Below are positions 53,020 to 64,000 of a stretch of DNA of 64,000 nucleotides, piece by piece. The DNA is from Paraspadella gotoi. Taxonomy: Eukaryota; Animalia; Chaetognatha. Position numbers and translations under genes: made by a program. Location of the stretch: the NCBI GenBank assembly GCA_051294375.1, contig JBJCIZ010000744.1, positions 1,931,252-1,995,251 of the forward strand, given 5' to 3'. Each line of letters begins with the position of its first letter. The stretch's first letter is position 1. The notes under the pieces are model-generated. The model had not been told where the DNA came from and did no database searches. It saw nothing but the letters and a program-made list of their open reading frames with translations.

Positions 53020-55379
53020 CTCCTCCTCTGCTTCAGACTCCTCTCTCCATACTCTCTCTCTCCTCGCTTTCCATCATTCAATCTTNNNNNNNNNNNNNNN
53101 NNNNNNNNNNTAACAACATATAGCAGCATCGGTGACTTAAAGAAAACCGCTAATGAAAAGAAAAAAAATATAAAGAGCTCAAGGAACAGACTACAAAAAT
53201 TGGAGAGAAAGAAGAGAGAAAGATGAGAGATAAAGAGAAGTAAGAGAAAGAACAGAGAGAGAAGAGAGAAAACAAAGACGGAGAAGAAAAAAGAAGAAAG
53301 AGAGGAAAGAAAACAAAACCAGGAAAGAAACCCACGCCGCAGAACCCATTTGGAGAAAATCATTTGCGTGCCAAATTGGATGGAAAGTGGATTGAGAGAT
53401 ATATAAAATTACATTTAATAACCTTGTGTAGGTGGGTGGATAGCAGTACGTTTAATGAAACAAAATAGAATGAGCCTGTATATTGAGGAAGTGACCCAGG
53501 AAACTATGGCGACGAAAGGATGGGGAAAATCAGTGAAGCAGAGAGGTGAGGAAATAGAGAAGAAGAAGGAAATAAAAATATAATAAAGAGTAGATGGAAG
53601 GAAAAAAAAAGAAAAATATTTTCCCTATTAGAAATTCGCAATTGAAAACTAGAGAGAGAGAAGCACATAGAAGACAGATGGCAAATGGGGCGATTAATTG
53701 ACTTTCGCGTAGAAAATATAATTTTTGTTCCAATTTTAACCGGAGATTATTATCGGGGACTCCGACACGGAGGTAATGTTTTGTAAGAAGGAGATTAGAG
53801 AGCTACGAAATTTTCTCCTTTTAGAGTTTCGATTCCTCAGTGCCGAATCGATATTTCTCGAGTGGCACATGTAGCTTTAAAATGGAAAAAATCCAACAAA
53901 TACCAATTCAAGATCAAACAAACTCACAAAAAACATGTTTTTCAACCTAAATTGATTTCATCAGCCTCTATTTCCGTTTATCAATTTAAAATGTAAAAGA
54001 AGGATGTATTAAATAAATCAAGATAATTAATCAGTTAATTAACTCAATTACGCCATCATAAATTATCATCAATTCTAATCTATCTCATTAATTCCCGTCC
54101 AATAATCCGTCACCCTCATCCATCCCCTCCTTAACGCAAAACACGCCCCCCATTCACCTCTCCCAACCTACACCTCCTTTCTTCTCTCTTGCCCATCCCG
54201 AGATTTTGGCATGGTTTGCCGCAATCACTTCATTGGAATGAAATTTTGTGCTGTGGCCGTACCGGCCCACACTGCCCGTGAGACTGAAACGCTCATAGGA
54301 TAAATAAAAAGATCATTCTCTCTTAAGATGGCACACTGTGGCCAACGATGCTAGTGAAAATATTAGCGAAAGTTTAACAGTAAGAAAAAAAAAAAAATTA
54401 AAACCCACGAAAAATAAAAAAGTTCAGCAAAAATTTAAAATAATAACACCCCACTAATACACTAACCCTAGTCAAATAAAAAATGACTCTAAACCTCTAT
54501 TTATGAAAATATTAAATCTACATCCTCAATTATATATAAAAAATAACTATACATTCAACCTGATAACTTTAGAAGCAGTCAATAGACTGGGATGGATATT
54601 TGAGCAAATAGTTAAAAAATATAAAATTTTGATAGTGATTAAATGCGCTGAGGAACCAACACACACAACGCGCTAGAAAGTAACAAAAATGATTCGTAAC
54701 CACAAACACAACACAGAAAAAAGCTCTGAATAAGACTACCTCAGACGTGCAACACGACAGCGAACATAAAAACAACGACCAATAGATTCAGCCGGTTAGG
54801 GGAGATCATTTAAAATTAAGTTTTTTTTTTTTCACACTTGTCCTACCGGGGAACAGTGGACATAAATTAAAATATCTTTTTTTTTTACAAACAGACAAAT
54901 ACCAGAGGGGCAATTTGTTCTCAAGGATAATCCAGACATAACTCAAAAATCTGAACAAATTGCCAAAATAAAACACCAAATCTATAACCTACTTATATGA
55001 GATATTAAAAATGAATAAGAAATTAATCATTGATAAAGAAAAAAAAGAAATAAAAATTACAAAAAATACAAGAAAAAAAAAAAAAAGGCACAAAAAATAA
55101 TATAAAAGAAAAAAAAAGTAGGGAATGGAGAAACTCAAATACCCCAATTATATATTATCCCGCTACACCACACACGGATGGAATCAAACACAACCCAAAA
55201 AAAAAAGAAAAAAACAACAAAAAAGAAAACCGAAAAACCAAAATAAAAGAGAACAAAAAACCTAAGATTCGGGAAATCCAGGAGCTATTTAACAAAAATA
55301 AAAAAATAAATAACAAATCCACCAAAAAATAACCAGCTTAAAAAAAAAATAATACATCATAACTTCTTTTTATTTAAAA

Positions 55380-57044
55380 ACGGTCTTTAACATTAGACAT
55401 TCATTATACATAACTAGAAGTTAAAATTTACGTGGAAAAATTTGCGGTTGAATCAGGCGGTAGTCCTCCAACGAAATCACGTGACTGGCAATTGTTTATT
55501 CCTTTCAAATTAGATTTTGTTTATTATAATTGTTCCTTTTCAACGCGTCTGCCTTTCCCCTGACCCAAAAAAGACTGCTAAATTATAGTGAAATTTTACT
55601 ATAAAGCCATTTGGATTCAATACTACTTCATCTCTTAACACCACAAAATATTTCCTAATCCTCCACTTCCCTCCATCATAAATCCATCTTCTCCAAAAAT
55701 TCTCTCTCCCAATGCGCTCCAATACCGCCGGGACCCCCGCTTTCGGATTGGCTCCCTGATGGCGGCCATTTGAATTTGGCAGAAGAACGATGAAGAGATT
55801 TGCGAGCGGAAAAGGGGGGTAGAGGAGGGGGAAAAAGAAAGGGGAGAAAAAGAAAGGGGGAAAAGAGAGGGAAGAAAAGGGAGAAGAAGAAAGGGAGCGA
55901 AGAATAAGGGAGGAGGAGAAAAGGAGGAAAAAGAAAGGAGAAAGAAAAAAAATGAAAAAAGAAAAAAATGGAGGAAGAAGAAAAGGAGGAAGAAGAAAGG
56001 GAAGAAAAAAAGAAGGAGGAAAAAAAAGAAAGGGAAGAAGACGAAAAGGAGAAGAAAAGAAGACAAAGGAAGAAAGCCCGAGAAGGAGAAGGAGCAAAAG
56101 AGAAGGAAAAGGACAGACAAAAGAAATAAAACAACTCTTTTATTTTTCGACGTTGAAGATAATAAAAGGTAGGACGAAGAATTGAATGGATAGATGTTGT
56201 GTGTTTCCGAAACTCACATCAAAACGTGGTCCATATTTTCTAATAAATATCAACTATAGATAGTATTAAAATACAAATAATAAAATTAAACATAATAGAT
56301 TTGTTTAACTTCTCCCTGTTGTTCTTTTTGGTTTTTGGTCTTGTTTCCTTATATAACAAATCAGTTAAAAGTAATTTCACACGCGTTAGTCAGGAGAATT
56401 TCTGTCGACAACCGAACATCAATCTCAATGATCGTCGCTTAATAAAAAAAGAAAAGGAAAAAAAAAAATAAAACAAAGGAAAACAGAGAGGAAACTCGAT
56501 TGAAAGTTGTCCAAAGGACGTGTTTGGTTTCTGAGTGAAGTCAGGCGGAGGGCAGCTGAAATTATAGCTGAAGAAGCAGTTCTAATACATGCCTTCGTTT
56601 TCAATAATTTAAATCAATTACATTTACACATCTAAAACGCCACTGCTGCGCGAATTAAAAAAGTTATTTTTATTTTTTTTGGCTTACGGTAAACATGTCA
56701 GGCTAGAATAACGCTTTAAAGTTAAACATTCATAAATTTGAAAATTACAAGTTTTAAAGCTTTAAAATTCAAAAATTAAAAATTATTTCTTCTCATTAAT
56801 ATTTTATTTTTTTTTTTATTTAAATTTATTAGTAATCACATCATCATCCCGCACACCTTGCGTCGGCCGATCCTCGTGGTAGAAACGGAATTCCTCATAC
56901 GGTTCACATCAACTGAGCATATTCGAGGGAGAAACAGTGAACGAAATATAGCTGAATATCACACCGAAGGAAAACCCAATTTCTCTGGAAAACAGATAAA
57001 AGACTAGTATGATGGACTCACATCAGTGCGATAATTGGTGAGAC

Positions 57045-57075
<31 letters not shown>

Positions 57076-57177
57076 GAAGAGAGAGAGGGAGAGAGAAAGA
57101 AGACAAATAAGGAAAAAAAATGGAAGTCTCGTACGGGAAAAAAAAGAGGGGAGAAAATATGATGTAATAGCTTATTA

Positions 57178-57217
<40 letters not shown>

Positions 57218-60200
57218 AGGAGAAGAGACGAGAGAGAGAGAATTGGATGAAGACTCTCTCCCTGTAAGGGACCGGATCCCTTGCGTGATCGTTTTTGGTT
57301 TTTTTGGGAAAATCTGAATTATTTTTTTTTTTTTTTTTTCTTTTCCTTTCTAAAAAATAATATATTTGTCAAGGGTGCTGGCCCGTTTTCTTGAATCGTT
57401 TTAACAAAACAGAGTTCAGTGCTCTCTCTCTTCCTCTTCCTCGTCGGTCTCCGCCTCAATCTCTCAATCTCGCCCTTTCCTCCCTTTTTTTTTCCTGACA
57501 GGTAAAAGTCGATGCTTAATGCAATCTCATTTGCATATTACAGTTCGACTGAAAATTGCTAACTGAAGGCTCAGCAATAGAAAGACGATACCTAGAGAAA
57601 AATCTTTTTCTGTCGTTATTTAATTTATGGTTATATCATACATAACCTTGGTTAATTTACGAAATTGAGGCAATAGTTAAGAAAAAGTTGTATAATGTTT
57701 TATAAATCGTTGTTAAAGCCTAACTATCGTTTTTCGCTAAAGAATTAACATTTTTTTTAACAACCAGGTTAAAAATTTTTCAACTACCTTAATTTCAGAC
57801 TGTCAGACAGTCAGACAGTCAGACAAACAGTGACGACCTAAAAAGCTTCGTGATTTTGCATAAAATTTAGAGATTTTTTTTTCCGAACCAGAATTATTTC
57901 TTTTTTTTAGCAACGACAAAACCAGGGCTAATTTCGCTTCCATGAACTTGCAAATTCAAAAAACCTAATTTAACGTAATTTTGAATATAAAAAATAATAG
58001 AAAGAACATGAAAGAGGAAGAAGAAAATATTAAAAAAACTAAGAGAAAGAGAGAGATTAAGAGAAAGAAAAAGAGAGATTGTGTAAGAGAGAGAGAGAGG
58101 GAGAGAGAGATCTCAGATCCCTTTCCAGTGCAACGTTTGATGATGCGAAGAACAGAACCCAAAAAAAAAAAAGGAAAAAGGCTAAAGAAAATAAAGAAAC
58201 TCGATAAAACCAGATAACAGGAACCTAAAACTCTATAGAAATCGAACACATGAGCTATTTACAAATAAGAAAAGTTAATAGACTTAAAATCCGACAGAAA
58301 AAAATGGACCAGTGGTCTTAAAAAAAAATATATACATGTCAATTTTATCTTCTTTATTTTAAACGTCTTTACATTAGACATTACGTTATAAACAGTAAGC
58401 TTAGAAAGATTAAAGTGTTACGGAAAAAGGTGTCGGCGTTTGAATCAGGCGTTTAGGGTCCTCCAACGAGAGATCACGTGACTGGCATTGTTTTTTCCTT
58501 TCATAATTATTGATATTTTTGTTGTATTATTAATTCTTTTCATAGCTCTCTTTCCCTCGACGCCAAAAGACTTTTGTTCTATTATATAATTTGTACTATA
58601 TACCTTCAATTCTTCTCTCTTAACACCTTTCCTCCCACTTTCCTCCATCTAAAATCATCTTTTCAAAATTCTCCTCCTCATCCCCGGCGACTCCCAATTC
58701 GGCTTCTGATTGGCTCCCTGATTGGCGGCCATTTTGAATTTTTGGCGGAAGACGAGAAGGATGTTGCGAGCGGAAAGGGGGGGGTANNNNNNNNNNNNNN
58801 NNNNNNNNNNNATCTTGCCCACCGACTTTGTGTGGGACAGGCTTTGGTGGTTAAAAGGCCTCCAGGCGAATCGGTTACAAGATAATGACACTAGCAGGTC
58901 CCCTGCAAGCTTTCAAATCAAGACTCTCTGCACAGTCTTCGTTTATTCACTCTCCCAGATGTACCTGCTTTCCCTATACCTAGCTTATAAGGTTTCTGTG
59001 GACCGCACTAACAAGTTTCTACGAGTTACAGAATGATACTCTCCTCTATGTACACCACTATTCCTAATATGACTCAATAATAATTGACAGGTTCAGTATA
59101 AAAAGAGAGGAATTGACAAAAAGAAAAAAAATTATACCTATTTTCTTAAACCTGTATATCAAGGAACCAAGATTACAATTTAATTAGAAACAAATATAAA
59201 ATCCTGAAAATAGTAGTCGCGTGGGTTTTGATCTGAAATAAAATTGGTTTGTATTATATTGTGGTACAACCTACAGGTAGGTTTTTTTTAGCTTGTATTT
59301 GTCCTCCATCACGTTTATGTTCTTCATCAACGATTTAATTAATACTAATTCTTCGCGCAGATTTTATTAATACTGGATTTTTTTCAAGGTTCTTTAAATC
59401 AAACAAAATACAAAATTTCGGCATTGTTTTGCTCGTTATCGGTTGGCGCCCAATTGAAACTTGTGGAAAAAAGGCCCGGTTGAATGAGTAGGAATAGCAA
59501 AAAAGCTTCAAGATGAGATTTAGATTTAATTCCGAGCTCTCATAAGACGTTTCAAGTCGCAGCGATGCAACGACCGTTTGTAAAACTCCTTTTTTTCCGG
59601 GAGAAAAAATACTCACAACGCGAAAAAAAAAGAAAAATGAAAGCATCCTTACCCGAAAAAAAAGAATTACAAAAATTGTGGTTAAAAGAAAAGGGTGAAT
59701 AGCTGATATTTAATGGAATAAACATAAAACCTTTATTATAAAATATAATTTAAGGAAGGACAGGCTGAAATTTAAAATAACACGAACACCTTTAAATTAA
59801 TTAAAATACTTTCATATATACACCTTATCATACAACTCGAATAATAACAAGATTCTTGATTGACATTCCAACGTTGATGGAGAAAATTAGAGAGGGAGTT
59901 ATTTATAGGCACGACAGTGAGAAATAAATTCACATTCTTTTCTCTTAAGCTTTATGCGATTATATTTATAGTCTTATATTTCAAATTAATTGATCATAGA
60001 ATTCCACACGTTATAGAAATTGCTTACTTTGAAGGGCTCAGGGCATATAGAATCGAGATAAAATCAATAAACGAGTAGCACAAACGAATACCATGACGAG
60101 ATAAAAAGATAAAAAAAAATTAAAAATCTTCTCAGATTTATTCTTGGTGATAACTTACCAAGTTATCAGCACGGCGCCTCTGTCCTCGTTCTCACTCACT

Positions 60201-63200
60201 CTCTCTCTATCTTTCTCGGGTTCTCTCTCTCTCTCTTCTTCGTTTTATTTTATCATTCTCTCTCTTAACTCTTCTTCATTCGGGTCTTACTCTCTCTGTT
60301 TTTGAGTAAACAAAGTAGGGTCGGATGGGAGCGAGTGAGACCGTTTGATTAATATCAATCTTTACGACCCACTGATACTCAACAATCTTGGGTTGGCGGT
60401 GTCTCGGCAATAGGTTTATTACCGTCAAAGACCAGTGTACAGATCCAAAGGCTATGAAATGGGTGGTTTTAAGGTCTGAGCCATATTAAACACTTTTCAT
60501 AACTTCTAGTTCTCTCTGAGTAGCTCCTTCTTTAATATAATAAGATCGGCGACAAGAGTTAGACCTGTTGACTTATTTTGAGATGGTGGGTTCAATCCAG
60601 GTAACACAACAACGATAAAGAGCTTATTCCGTTTCTAATCAAGTGACTCTAAAATTCGGTAATAAGTTAAAATCATTTAAATTCACTCAGGTATTTTTTT
60701 TTTTTTAAGCAACCATCGCTAACCATAGGTTAAAAAATTTTCATACTACCTTAATTCAGGACTGGATCAAATCAGATCAAGATACATGGTCAGTTACATA
60801 ATACACCATGTACTGACTCTATAAAAGCCGTGTTGATTTTTGGTCATTAAAAAATCAGATGATTCTATACGCTAAATTCTCTAACCAGATAAGATTTTCT
60901 TTTAGGCAACATCATTTATTATATTAACTCCTTGTTTTTTTCTCTGTTTTCTTGTTTTTTTGTTTTTTTATCATGTCTATATGTCTCGAGATAGGATACT
61001 AAGTGCAAATTCCATAAAACTCTATATTAATCGTAAATTTATAGAATCTCACAAAAAATAATAGTATTAAGAACAGAAAGAGAACTAAGAAAATAGATAA
61101 AATAACTATATTAACCAAATATTTAAGATATGTATTATATTATAGTTTTATAATATATAATATCAGCAGACTAGGTAGTAGAGAGAAGAGAGAGGGGAGA
61201 TCTCAGATCCCAATTACGTCCAGGTGCAACGTTTGAAAAATAATAGTTTCATTTGATGCGAAGATAACAGAGACCCAGAAAAAAACAAAAAAGGAAAAAA
61301 GGCCGCCCTAAAGATATAACGTCAAAAGATAACTCGGATAAAAAAACCAAGATTACACAAGGCACGCATATCAACCATATAAAAACTCTTTAATAAAAAG
61401 GTACCTCCCCGACACCCGTCCGCATGCATCTGTCTGGGTTCGACATTTTGGCCCGGCATATATCTCGAGACACCTTGACTCATGACGCTATGTTAACCAA
61501 AATTACACTGCAGAGAAGTCTAATAACTTAAAAATCGCGACAGAAAACAAAATGGACCAAGTGGGCCTCTTAAAAAAAAAATATATACACTCGCTCGAGA
61601 CGCTTTTTATAAATTCCTCTTCCCTTTATGATAATTTCAATACGAGTGCTGCCTATCTTTTACAGCAGTACACTTCCAGCACGAACATTACGTTATAAAA
61701 CAGTAAGCTTCTAGAGAGCAGATATACAACGCCAATCCTCGGCATGGGGATGCGCCGGCTCGTTCGCGGAACCCGGGTTCGGTTACCTGGTGTTTATGAA
61801 GAGGGACCACGCCGATAAAGAGAGGCCACCGTTCAGCCGGGCCAAAAAGGGTGGGTTCGGCGTTTTTTGAAATTCAGGGCACGTTTATACGGGGTCCTGT
61901 CGGGGTCCTCCAACGAGAGATCACGTGACTGGCATTGTTTTTTCCTTCATAATTATTGATGATTTTTGTTGTATTATTAATTCTTTCATAGCTCTCTTTC
62001 CTCGAACGCCAAAAGACTTTTGTTCTATTATATAATTTGTACTAATATACCTTCAATTCTTCTCTCTTAACACCTTTCCTCCCACTTTCCTCCATCTAAA
62101 ATCATCTTTTCAAAATTCTCCTCCTCATCCCCGGCGACTCCCAATTCGGCTTCTGATTGGTCCCTGATTGGCGGCCATTTTGACATTTTGGCGGAAGACG
62201 AGAAAGATGTTGCGAGCGGAAGGGGGTAGAGGAGGGGAAAAAGAAAGGCGGAAAAAAGAAAGGGGGGGAAAAGGAAAGGGAGGAAGAAAGAAAGGGAGGA
62301 AGAAGAAAGGAGAGGAAGAATAAAGGGAGGAGAAGAAGGGGAAGGAAAGAAAGGGAAGAAGAAAAATGGAAGAAGAAAAAATGGAGGAAGAAGAAAGGAG
62401 GAAGAAGAAAGGGAAGAAGAAAAAAGGGAGGAAAAAGAAAGGGAAGAAGACGAAAAGGAGGAAGAAGAAAAGGAAGAAGGAGAAAAGGAGGAAGGAGAAA
62501 AGGAGGAAGGAGAAAGGAAGACAAAAGAATAAAAAATCTTTTTTGCGACGAAGATAAAAAGAGGAGAGAATTGAATGGAAGATGTTGTTGTGATTCCGAA
62601 ACCTCAAAAACTGGTCCTCAAATAAATTGAACTTAGAATGTATTAAAAGCAATAAAAATAAACATAATAGATTGTTTAACTCTCCGTTGTTTTTTTTTTT
62701 TGTGTTAAAACAAACGAGTATTTCCAGGTAGAAATTTCGGACGACCAACAATTCAATGATTCGTCGCCTAAAAAAAGAAAAGAAAAAAAAAATAAAACAA
62801 AGAAAACAGAGAGGAAACTCGATTGAAAGTTTTCAAAGGACGTGTTTGGGTTTCTGAGGTGAAGTCAGGCGAGGGAAGCTGAAATATGGCTGAAGAGAGT
62901 TCAATGCCTTGTTTTATAATTTAATCAATTACGTGTTACAACTAAACGACGCTGAATTAAAAAAGTTATTTTTTTTTGGTTACGTAAACAGTAGGCAAAG
63001 TTTAAAGTTTAAAATTCATAATTTGAAAATTAAAGTTTAAAGCTTTAAATTCAAAATTTAAAATTTATTTCTTTGCATTTAATATTTTTATTTTTTTATT
63101 TAGTTTGAGTATGCATCATACAAACTTTGCTGTGCGCGACATCGGTGGCCAATGAAAATTCTCTAACGAACATTGAGATATCGAGGGGAAAGTGAGACTG

Positions 63201-63300
63201 AATAAGTGAATATCACACGAAGGAAACCTTTTGTGAAAAAAAAAGACGAAATAGAGTTGATGGATGGACTCACAATCAGTGAGATGAATTGGTGAGACGA
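55380..63300. repeat. Multiple re-readings of one locus (55380-57050 ~ 61860-63300; 57765-58786 ~ 60720-62230)
   Basis: Shared text (ctccaacg..atcacgtgactggca; ggcggccattttga; gaggaaactcgattgaaagtt) in 2-3 copies of differing quality. Confidence 0.9.
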
Positions 63301-63640
63301 GAGAGAGAGNNNNNNNNNNNNNNNNNNNNNNNNNNNNNNNNNNNNNNNNNNNNNNNNNNNNNNNNNNNNNNNNNNNNNNNNNNNNNNNNNNNNNNNNNNN
63401 NNNNNNNNNNNNNNNNNNNNNNNNNNNNNNNNNNNNNNNNNNNNNNNNNNNNNNNNNNNNNNNNNNNNNNNNNNNNNNNNNNNNNNNNNNNNNNNNNNAG
63501 AGAGAGAGAGAGAGAGAGAGATGATGAGTTCCTTCGTGACGAGACACGGGGACAAAAGAGGAAGGATACAGGGTGTTTCAAATTGAGCGATGAATTTAGA
63601 TGTAATGAAGTCGCTTTCATATTAAAATATCGGGACATCG
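61900..63640 (-). CDS. Candidate multi-exon gene, unknown product (downstream exons better read at 57500-58790)
   Basis: Minus-strand blocks: ~63613-63520 (DFITSKFIAQFETPCILPLLSPCLVTKE), ~63228-63122 (FPSCDIHLFSLTFPSISQCSLENFHWPPMSRTAKF|gtatga), ~62907-62820, ~62767-62716 (RRIIELLVVRNFYLEIL), ~62630-62549 (FNLFEDQFLRFRNHNNIFHSILSSFYL), ~62210-62052. Several junctions are phase-consistent. Confidence 0.4.
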
Positions 63641-64000
63641 ATGATATTAAGTTATTTTATTTTTAGCTTAATTCTTTACATTTTTCTACACTAAGCATCA
63701 CATGTATCTTTTTTCTAATTTTAGGTTCGGCTCTTCCGGTTTTTATTTCCTTTTGTAATAACAAACAATCGTACATGAATTAATTTTCAAAAATTGAATT
63801 CAACGAACGTTACGTTCGATTTTCGACGTCACCTTGTCCCAAAACTCTTAGACGATCGAAAGAAAACCGAAAAAAAAAATTGGAAGAATTCGTCGTTTAA
63901 GATCAACTTTTTCATCGCCGTCGATGCGGCAGCTGGTGCAGCTGACGAAGCCGCGGCCGCTGCGACCGCCGCTGCAGGATTTCGGCGCCGCCGCGGCTGA

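Noticed and set aside
60545-60602. tRNA-like segment ending GGGTTCAATCC
   Set aside because: Only a B-box-like match, with no convincing A box or stems in noisy sequence.
61390-61860. GC-rich inserts relative to the 58240-58440 copy
   Set aside because: They are scattered, unstructured insertions typical of raw long-read bursts, with no TIR or TSD.
63567-63590. TA-CAGGGTGTTTCAAA as a Tc1/mariner terminal repeat
   Set aside because: No matching inverted end is visible in the window, and the minus strand reads as a plausible exon.

Overview
This is AT-rich eukaryotic, probably invertebrate, draft-genome DNA. I found no prokaryotic operon, rRNA, CRISPR array or recognisable autonomous transposase. 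Nearly all ORFs in the supplied track are translations of (GA)n/(CT)n, (GAAA)n and purine-rich minisatellites or of N gaps. The window looks gap-filled with uncorrected long reads: there are about eleven 25-N gaps, an apparent SMRTbell adapter remnant, and many direct or inverted re-readings of the same loci with indel noise. Under this noise I can trace by hand several candidate multi-exon genes with small exons and microsatellite-filled introns. Their splice phases are mostly consistent, but I cannot name the proteins; one has a weak uS17m-like motif. The best-supported mobile element is a 1.34-kb TTAA-flanked TIR element with Kolobok-type ends, whose empty site is also present in the window. 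There is also a probable TA-flanked MITE and a tRNA-derived SINE. I found no convincing new biological system; the leads below are modest and limited by sequence quality.
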